A stretch of DNA of 58,093 nucleotides, filler included, from Bipalium vagum (lineage: Eukaryota), in NCBI GenBank assembly GCA_037834085.1. It is 3 parts of 3 records of this genome, joined end to end, with 100 filler letters (N's around TTAATTAATTAA, not from the genome) between each part and the next. Parts side by side here need not be neighbours in the genome. Positions count along the whole stretch, not along the records: positions 41,977 to 58,093 come from JBBMKC010126171.1; 2 more parts are not named here. The stretch is one strand, 5' to 3'. The notes beneath the pieces are model-generated. The model made no database searches and had not been told where the DNA came from. It saw only the letters and a program-made list of their open reading frames with translations. The translations under genes were made by a program, and so were the position numbers. Below, in pieces: positions 49,701 through 58,093 of this stretch. Each line of letters begins with the position of its first letter. The stretch's first letter is position 1.

Positions 49701-50570
49701 ATAGTCATTTCGGTCAAAAAAACATGATTCATTGTAAAAAAAATAATTCGATTTTTGTATAGAATTTAATAAAAAAAAATAATTTTTCCAATAATAAATT
49801 TCCATTTTTATCCAATTAAAATTCATCATAATTATTTTCGTTTTTTTATCGACCAATTTTCACAAACATTTAAAAATTAAATCAAAAACAAATCCATACA
49901 AATGAAAACGGGGATTACACATCATATTTTCACAAAATATATCATAAAATAAAAATTTTCAAAAAAATATATAGTTAAGAATGAAAAAAAGATTTTTTGT
50001 GACTTGGGAAAGGTCAATCAAAAATCAATGGTTTCTCTCTTTCTTTGTATTTTTTCATCACTAATTCTCAATACCATTTTAAACACAGAAAAAAGATCCC
50101 AGAAAATAAAAAGAATTCCTTAACTACCTGCGAAAATACCAAAGGATCATTTGATTGGATCATTACTGTTCTTAGGGAAATATATTATAGAATAAATCGA
50201 AAATTACAAGAATAAATCCTTGCAAAAGTTTTTAATATTTTCATTTACATTAAATGCCTTGTATAAATCTTGGACCACTGAGTGTTTTGGTTCCAGCTTT
50301 CTCACCATAACCAGTAAACTATCATAATTGATGAACAAAAGCATTTTATCTTTTTCAGACAGTGTTGACATTTAAAGTCATCTTAAAATCAAACAAAAAT
50401 AGCTTTTTAAAACAACATCGAACTCATTTGATGAAAATCGATAACATTAAAAAATTCTTTTTATGGCTTGGAAATATTTATTTTATATTGATTTTTTTTT
50501 AATATAAATTTAAATATTGATAATTTTTAAGTATTTTAAATAATAAGTTAAATCAAATCGAAATCTTAAC

Positions 50571-50604
<34 letters not shown>

Positions 50605-50610
50605 ATAATT
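50571..50610. repeat. (ATT)n microsatellite
   Basis: ATT run. Confidence 0.9.
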
Positions 50611-50810
50611 ATTAAATATTTATTTTTATTTTATTATCCTTATTTTACTATTTTAATTATGGTTAAAGTAAATTTAATTTTAATAATAACTGATAATAAT
50701 ATAAATAATAATTAATGATGATAAAAATAATGATAATAATATTTGATATAAAAAATTTTTTAAAATCATTTTAAATTGATTATGACCAAAACTAAAAGAG
50801 AACGCCCTAC

Positions 50811-51423
50811 CATATCGACGAGAGCAATGTAAAGGAACATTCCGGCGGTGAGCATGAATATCCAACTGGAAATCGATGGCAATTTTCCCAACTGTACACC
50901 GATGACCATTCCAATGGCACAGAAAATGCTGGACATGAGATTGTAAAAGATGGCCGTTCTCAGTGACATTCCAGCGTGAAGCAAAACCACAAAATCACCT
51001 GTCATTATCATGTCATGAAATGTCTCAAAATATCTTGATTCGTGCACACACAAAATAACAATACATTGAATGTTCGATAATGATAATAATAATAATAATA
51101 AATAAAAAATAAATAAGAGGTATTCCATTACCCAACTCGTGAGGTAATTCGTGACACAAGACTGCAATGGCCGTTGAGAAACCACCGCTTATGTCGTTTG
51201 CAAAGGCGGCCCCGATCGCGATTCCGTCGCAGAAATTGTGAAGACCGTCACCAGCAATGACCGTGTACGCGATGGCCTTCACTGAGCTGAGATCGTGACT
51301 GTGACCATGATGGTGGCCGTGGGGTTTGTTTTTATATGGATGTGCCAGGCTTGATATTACGGTTGCACCACCGGCACCGGGTTCCACATCATCTTCTTTG
51401 TGTTTGGGATTCAACAATTTTAC
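50811..51423 (-). CDS. ZIP zinc transporter, LIV-1 subfamily (SLC39A6/A10/foi-like), two internal exons
   Basis: Exon 51423-51132 has the His loop HGHHHGHSH, GDGLHNFCDGIAIGAAF and LCHELPHELG. After a 133-nt intron, exon 50998-50811 has DFVVLLHAGMS..AGMFLYIALVDM followed by a GT donor. First and last exons were not found. Confidence 0.93.
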
Positions 51424-51577
51424 CTGATTAAATAAAAATATGGTCAGCCTATCGATTTCAATGACCCCAGCACGCAAAAAATTACAGAAATCGTTTTTTA
51501 ATTATGGATCTGAATTTTCACACCAAATATCAATAAATCACAAAATATTGATTTATTTATTAAAGATAAATGATTAT

Positions 51578-51820
51578 NNNNNNNNNNNNNNNNNNNNNNN
51601 NNNNNNNNNNNNNNNNNNNNNNNNNNNNNNNNNNNNNNNNNNNNNNNNNNNNNNNNNNNNNNNNNNNNNNNNNNNNNNNNNNNNNNNNNNNNNNNNNNNN
51701 NNNNNNNNNNNNNNNNNNNNNNNNNNNNNNNNNNNNNNNNNNNNNNNNNNNNNNNNNNNNNNNNNNNNNNNNNNNNNNNNNNNNNNNNNNNNNNNNNNNN
51801 NNNNNNNNNNNNNNNNNNNN
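51578..51820. other. Scaffold gap (243 N)
   Basis: N run without the linker motif. Confidence 0.97.
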
Positions 51821-51853
51821 AGATGTAGTAAAAAAAGATACTAAAACCTTTAT

Positions 51854-52387
51854 TCATACCTCACTCAATACATATTCACTTATTATTAATTCATCACTGA
51901 TACCAACGAGCTGCATGGCCAACGCCGTGACGAGACCAGTGCGATCTTTACCCGCTTTACAAGTTATTATCATTGGAAAACTTTTCTCATTTAACATAAC
52001 ATAAAATAAAACTTTGAAAAGGTCTTGGCATTGATCCAAAATTTGACAAAAATATTCAACCATAAAACTTGTTTTAATACTCTCACTGTTTACGTCAATA
52101 AAAGGTACACGATATCTGTATCTCTTATCAGTCTGAGCAGAATCCGCTGCCAGTTGTTCCAGAGTCATTTCAGGAGAATCTCTTGTAATAAAATATATTT
52201 CCATCAAACCTAGAGGTAGAAATTCTCTATCTAATCTCAAATCTATGTAAGTTTTGATCCCGATTGTCTCAGTTAACCATTGAAAACTTTCATGGTACTC
52301 TTCATCCATGACAGATGATCGATATAATTTTGAAGGACCCTTCGATCCGAGGGGAACAGATCGAAAATTGACAGGAGGTATCTTCAT
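51854..52387 (-). CDS. Cys-based protein/phosphoinositide phosphatase of the PtpB/IphP (Y_phosphatase3) family
   Basis: Motifs NFR, KLYRSS, GIKTYIDLR, the P-loop TCKAGKDRTG (CX5R) and LVGISDELIISEYVLSE. A likely GTATGA donor after 51860 means the 3' end probably lies in or beyond the gap. Confidence 0.85.
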   Translation of the reverse strand: MKIPPVNFRSVPLGSKGPSKLYRSSVMDEEYHESFQWLTETIGIKTYIDLRLDREFLPLGLMEIYFITRDSPEMTLEQLAADSAQTDKRYRYRVPFIDVNSESIKTSFMVEYFCQILDQCQDLFKVLFYVMLNEKSFPMIITCKAGKDRTGLVTALAMQLVGISDELIISEYVLSEV

Positions 52388-53207
52388 TGAACAAGTTCAG
52401 TTGATTAAGTGGAGACAATTTGAAAGTATTTAGAGACAGTCCAAGTTTTTCCATTTTATATAATTCATGATAATTGAACTTTGAATAAATATTTATATTC
52501 AATTGGAAATCTTATTGTATTAAATGTTATACTTTGAAATTGGCCTTTGTAATTCTCTCCGCTATTAATCGATATTAAGCACATTGTGTATATAGAGGCA
52601 ATGATGGGTACAATATAATGTACTCAGTATCGTAAACTCTTTTCCAAGTCTTCAATCTCATTGATTTCCATATTGATTTCGACTAATTCAAGAATTGATT
52701 TGAGTGAACGAGAAGTGTTTTTAAAACAAAGTCTTAAAATACAGGTAATATCACGCATTTCTTCATTCCTGAAATTACTCATAATTATTCATCACAATCA
52801 TAATTATTCTACGACAAGTTGCAAAATTCAGATTTGTATTTTGATAATTACTAATTAAATGATTTAATTAATTGTTTTGATGAAAAGTTTTAAACTTTCA
52901 ACAGATTTGTTTTATCTATCTTTGTTTACGAGATATTAAGGATCGATTTTTAAATTATTCGATTAATTATAACGTCGAATAGTTTTAACTATTTTGAATC
53001 ATTGTGATTACTCTAATTGTCCTTTGTATGTAGTTTAACATTTCAACAAAATTTTAATAAGTATTTTAGTTTTTCTTATTTAAGCTACATTTGATATTCG
53101 AAAATCAATTATGTATTCGAAACTAAAAATGTTATGAAATTTATTTTACTTCTATCAAACGGAGAATCTTTAAATATATAAACTCATTAAATATAAACTA
53201 AATTATT

Positions 53208-53342
53208 TTATAGGAAGCATTGTATTAAGAATTTAAAATGTTATAAGATACATGTAAAAGTCTATCTATAAACCCATTAAAGGTGTTATAGGAAAGAAAT
53301 ATTGAGCATTAAAATGTTTTAAATACATGTAAAAGTCGATCT
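53208..53342. repeat. Two imperfect direct repeats, period about 78 nt
   Basis: TTATAGGAA..TAAAATGTT..ATACATGTAAAAGTC.ATCT occurs twice, between the divergent phosphatase and PABP genes. Confidence 0.6.
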
Positions 53343-54459
53343 TTTTTCTTGAAAGACGAATCTAGGTAAAGAAATACTTTTTGCAATGAGATAGATAATT
53401 ATAAATAGATAAAATTTAAAATGTACGTCATCGGTTTACTTTCTGAAATATTGCAAATAGTCAATAATTCGATCAGAAATAATGATCGGATCAAAATTAA
53501 AATCATACCGCAGATAGAGAATCTACTTTTGATTTAGATTATATAAATAAATTAAAGATTTTTCTAAGCAAAGTTTTCTTTACATTTAGCATTTCTAAAT
53601 TTAATATAACATTAACCGATCAATGATCTAAATAAAACGGTCAACTTTTATCAATAAACAACTGAGGTCCCGTAATTCGTGCGTTGAACTTGCTTTGGTT
53701 AAAGCATTTCAAGATTTTTAATGTAATTCTCCTGAATATTTCCTGTTGTACTTTTATTTAAAAATTTACTATTTTCAATGGCTGATAGTAAATCACTTCT
53801 TTTTTTAAAAAATTGATATTTTCCGCGAATACTTTTTAATGTTCGTTGTTAATAATCATTTTCGATGTCGTTGACGGTGTATTTTACGTAGCTTATATTT
53901 TTCAAGTAGAGCAGTTTCTTCGTGATGGGTTTTATTTATTTTAAAATTATATTCTTTATCATATTTTTACAATCACTAATTTTTAAAACACAAGCACTAT
54001 AAGTATAAATATGATATTTAAATTAAAAATTCCCATGGACTGAACAGTTTCTGGTAGTGATATTTCTCATATCAGAAATATATCTCATTATTCATTTTCC
54101 TCAAATTCTCTTTTTCTACATTTTTATTTTCATTACTTTAGTAATATTCTTCAGTAAATTAAATAGCAGCACTGTAAATAGTTAACTAAAATTTGAAATC
54201 TTACGAGAAAACTTCTAAAAACAAAATAATCAATAAGTGCTAGAATGAAGTACAAAAAATGAAAAGACATTCCTTTCATCTACCTAATCTACAACCTTAC
54301 ATGTACATATTAACTTGAAACAGATATTTTTTCGTTTCATTTTTGAAATATTTATATTACGGAAAAAAAGGAATCTGCGGAAACTCAGGTTCCAGGACAT
54401 TGGAATTATTTGTTTAAATCGAACGAAGAAAATATATCTCGGAAAATAACAGTTAAAAA

Positions 54460-55635
54460 ATGACAAACAAAAACTCGTACTATGCAAGTCTTTATGTTGG
54501 TGATCTTCATCCGGATGTTGATGAAACCGTTCTCCATGATCTCTTTCGACCCTTTGGAGAAATAATATCTATACGAGTTTGTCGCGACATCAAAAGTGGA
54601 AGATCTCTCCGATATGGTTTTGTCAACTTCAGAAATGAGAAAGATGCACAACATGCCATTGAAGAACTCAATCTTCATAAGATTCTTGATGTACCCTGCA
54701 GAATTATGTGGTCAGAAAATGGTCATGGTCTCAGCTCTTCCAGATCCAATAATGCTAACATATTCATCAGTAATCTCGAGTCGTCAATCACGGCTATTCA
54801 GATATATGATACTTTCTCTCATTTCGGTGAAATTATTTCATGCAAGCTCCAAACGGATAAAAATCAAAGGTCCAGAGGTTCTGCTTTCGTACAATACAAG
54901 TACGAAGAGGATGCGTTGAGAGCAATTGAGGTGGTCAATGGGAAAATGATAAAGCGTCAAATTGTGGTTGTTGGAAAGTTCATTCCTCGAACGAAGACAA
55001 ATAAAGACAGCGACGAATTTACAAATTGTTTCATCAAAAACTTTGGAACTGATCTAACTGATGAGAGCTTGAAAGAGTTGTTCGAACCATTTGGTGAAAT
55101 TGTCAGTGCCAAGGTAATGATGAGTGATGAAGGCGTTTCGAAAGGATTCGGATTCGTGTCATTCAAGAACCCGAAGGATGCTGAGGACGCCATCGAGAAG
55201 CTGAATGGGAAATTAATAAATAACAAGAAGATATATGTTGGACGAGCTGTGAAAGCGGTCTCGACAACGAAACAAGTGAAAGAGAAGCCAAGACAAATGA
55301 ATGTTAATACTAATCTCTATGTGAAGAACTTTGATAAAAAGATGACTGATGAAGGACTGAAACAAATGTTCTCCGAGTTTGGAAGTGTTACGAGTGCAAA
55401 GATTATGATTGACGAGAAGGAGAACGAGTCGAAACAATTCGGATTTATATCGTTCTCGACCCATAAAGAAGCTTTGAGAGCGCTGTTAGAAATAAACGGG
55501 AAAATCGTGGATGGAAAACCTCTTTTTGTTAACTTTGCACAACGAAAAGAGGACAGGATCCAATTGCTGTGTCGTCATTTTGAAGGTAGAATGAATCAAA
55601 AGAAGGTGGAAAGACAACATCTTAACCATCTTTAA
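54460..55635 (+). CDS. PABPC: Cytoplasmic poly(A)-binding protein-like: four RRMs, intronless, no linker/MLLE domain
   Basis: RRM1 ASLYVGDLHPDV..IRVCRD..RIMWS; RRM2 NIFISNL..IYDTFSHFGEIISCK; RRM3 EFTNCFIKNFG..SKGFGFVSF; RRM4 NLYVKNFD..KPLFVNFAQRKEDR. The stop follows soon after RRM4, and AATAAA lies near 55729. Confidence 0.93.
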   Translation: MTNKNSYYASLYVGDLHPDVDETVLHDLFRPFGEIISIRVCRDIKSGRSLRYGFVNFRNEKDAQHAIEELNLHKILDVPCRIMWSENGHGLSSSRSNNANIFISNLESSITAIQIYDTFSHFGEIISCKLQTDKNQRSRGSAFVQYKYEEDALRAIEVVNGKMIKRQIVVVGKFIPRTKTNKDSDEFTNCFIKNFGTDLTDESLKELFEPFGEIVSAKVMMSDEGVSKGFGFVSFKNPKDAEDAIEKLNGKLINNKKIYVGRAVKAVSTTKQVKEKPRQMNVNTNLYVKNFDKKMTDEGLKQMFSEFGSVTSAKIMIDEKENESKQFGFISFSTHKEALRALLEINGKIVDGKPLFVNFAQRKEDRIQLLCRHFEGRMNQKKVERQHLNHL

Positions 55636-57599
55636 AATTTGTCACAAGTGAACCTTGAATATATATTTAGTTAAACATTGGTCCTTGTTATATGTATTGA
55701 CTTTTCCTTTAAAATTAGAAAAAAAAATAATAAATAACATTTTTCGTAATAAACTGAAAGTTGCGCTCTCAGGAAAAGCATAATTTCAAAGTTTTGTCAA
55801 AATTTAATTAATTTTAATACGTTACGTTTTATAGATCTTTTATATAAAATTCTTACTTACTCCTTTTAATCATTCAATGAAAAATATATGTAAAAAATAA
55901 TAATATACGAAATTTAATTAAATAAATAATAAATTTATCAGGACCAAAGCTAAATTGAAAATGTGCTTCGAAGGAAAGATAAAATTATTTTAAAAATAAA
56001 AACTACTGTTACTAAAAATAGAAAATATATTTTATTTTATTTATTATGAAAAAATCAAGAAAATAAAAAGATTTCCCTGTAGTTAAGCTATTGATTAAAA
56101 GGCACCGCATATTATCTGATGTATTCAGTTTTTGAAGACTGCAATTTTGAAAGCTTTTAATATTTAAGAAAATACAAGAGCTGTTCGAGAAATCATAAAA
56201 ATATCCCTAATACTATTTTGTTTTAATTGATTAATGATGCATCATTATTATTCTGATTTCGTAGTGAATGAATTATATACGAATTTGATATCGGGAATGT
56301 TCTATATTTCGCATGATATTATAATTATCATCATTTTGGAGAGGTATAGATTACCACAATCAAAAAATAAGTAATACATGTTACGGATTATTCAGAAAAC
56401 AACTTTCAATGCAAGAGGACTACATCAGACTCATGACGGTCTCAAAATTATCATTGAATAAAATATTTCAAAATCCGTATAAAAAGTAAATGGGATAACA
56501 ATACAAATGATAATTCTCGAATTGATAATAATTTTCACTGTGAAATATTGCTTTAGCTTCTTTAAATTCTTGGTCAATTATGGTATGCTCTTCTGATTGG
56601 CTGTCATTTGTTTGTGATGATTTAAAACAATGCACATATATTATTGAGCTTCGATTCTTTGATATATTTATTATCTTTACCTAATCAATTTTTCTAGAAA
56701 AACATTATTGAAATATCGATTATGTGTAGATTTTAACTTTATATATGATGATTCTACTAGTGTTTCTTTTAGTTTAAAATGAAATTCGATTGATTTAATT
56801 TACCAAAATATCCATCTGGATTATATTTGTTCTCTTTCTTCTATTTATGTAAAATAGCTTACAATTTTTGTATTTGAAAGTTTTTATTTCTTCTGTTTTG
56901 TTTACGAAAAAAATTTCGGTAACGTTTTATTTCTTAATCTATTTTAAATGAATGATTATGAAAACACTTAATATGAATTTTTATATCCAAATTTATTTTT
57001 TTCAAGTTTAAGTAATGTTTAATCAGTTCATTGGCTCCTGTATACCATTAAAAATGTTTTTTCATTTCTTATCAGTCGTTTTAAACTCTATTTTTTATCA
57101 ATTTTAAAATTTTTTGATGGATATGAATATTTTCCATAATTATTTAAAAATTGATACTTGTACATTTGCTACTCCAATTTAGGCCTCTTGTTTTATTTAA
57201 TCATTTCAAGGTCATTAATTATCGTCAAGACACGTATCATAAAAAATTAAAGATAAAATTCATTTATAAAAAATATGAAAAATCAATGAAAAATATCATT
57301 CTTTTTCAAACACAGAGGTCTGTTTAGTTTTCATTTATTTTTTATTTTTAAAAAGAAATAATAAAATAATTATTATTAAATGGAGTAATTCGAACAATCA
57401 GATTGGATGATTTTTTAAAAATAAGAACCTGACACAAAAATTAACTCTAATTGAATGTTTTTAATTTAATGTTTCAAACTTTTATAAGCATAAGTGCTTA
57501 ATGGTTATCAGATATTTTTAATTAAAATTTAATGCGTAAAATGTAAATAAAAATAGCGGCTGGTGCAGATAGTAAGAGAACGAAGATGTCTAGGACGGA

Positions 57600-57900
57600 G
57601 CAAAGTATTTTAGTTCCATTTACTTAAATGATACTTTTGTAACCATTTTTAAAATTATTTGTATAGTATGCGATTCAGACTGATAACACATCATAAATCA
57701 ATCATCTTCATAATAACTATGAAGATACCGATCACGTCGCAATTCCAAATGTGGACCATTCACTCGAGCAGTTTAGACATTAGATTTGAATATAGGAGAT
57801 AGACGATACATACGAACGCAGGTTTTTTATCTAGACCAAGTTGCGAAAAATGTAAGCACTGGCAATTAGTTCATGAATAGGCTAAGAGGAGAAAGATGAA
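57600..57900 (+). mobile_element. Ty3/gypsy RNase H relic
   Basis: YLYSMRFRLITHHKSIIFIITMKIPITSQFQMW..SSLDIRFEYRR*TIHTNAGFLSR matches the F.L.TDHK...W...I.YR.G..H.NAD.LSR pattern. Confidence 0.75.
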
Positions 57901-58093
57901 ATTCAGGGTATAGCATGGAATAGTTGCAGAAAAAGATAAAGACACAGAAATTTATCATTTTTAAAACATTCTCTAAACATTTTTAAAAACCCAGTCCTCG
58001 TTAGGAAGACAAGTTGATTTTAATTTGTTCCACTTCTCTCTTGGTTAACCCACAAACTTGGAGATATTCTTCAGCCCCTCCATACCTGAAATA

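Noticed and set aside
51440-52004. ORFs spanning the N gap
   Set aside because: Artefacts of translating N.
54284-55464. Antisense and alternate-frame ORFs over the PABP gene
   Set aside because: Shadow ORFs of a real, GC-richer CDS.

Overview
AT-rich metazoan genomic DNA made of three unrelated pieces (1-18208, 18309-41876, 41977-58093). They are joined by artificial 100-nt spacers (N44-TTAATTAATTAA-N44), and there is one internal 243-N gap. Several introns are 45-52 nt while others are kb-sized and filled with transposon relics, which suggests a flatworm/planarian-like genome (inference only). Host genes: a tandem doublecortin-domain gene with X-box promoter motifs; the 5' part of a coiled-coil gene; the 5' part of neurabin/spinophilin; two exons of a LIV-1 family ZIP zinc transporter; a PtpB/IphP-type (Y_phosphatase3) phosphatase; and an intronless four-RRM PABP lacking MLLE. 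The rest is mostly decayed IS630-Tc1-mariner (DD34D, DD34E, DD36E, DD41D), pogo/Tigger, MITE and Ty3/gypsy relics. The most notable structure is a TA-flanked Tc1-like element with both TIRs (34894-36450). Its transposase 3' end has been replaced by a GC-rich cassette: a hand-foldable HDV/CPEB3-type self-cleaving ribozyme, a structured 5' UTR, and the start of a C2H2 zinc-finger ORF. This looks like the 5' end of an R2-like non-LTR retrotransposon captured inside a DNA transposon. All calls are by eye; no searches or folding programs were run.
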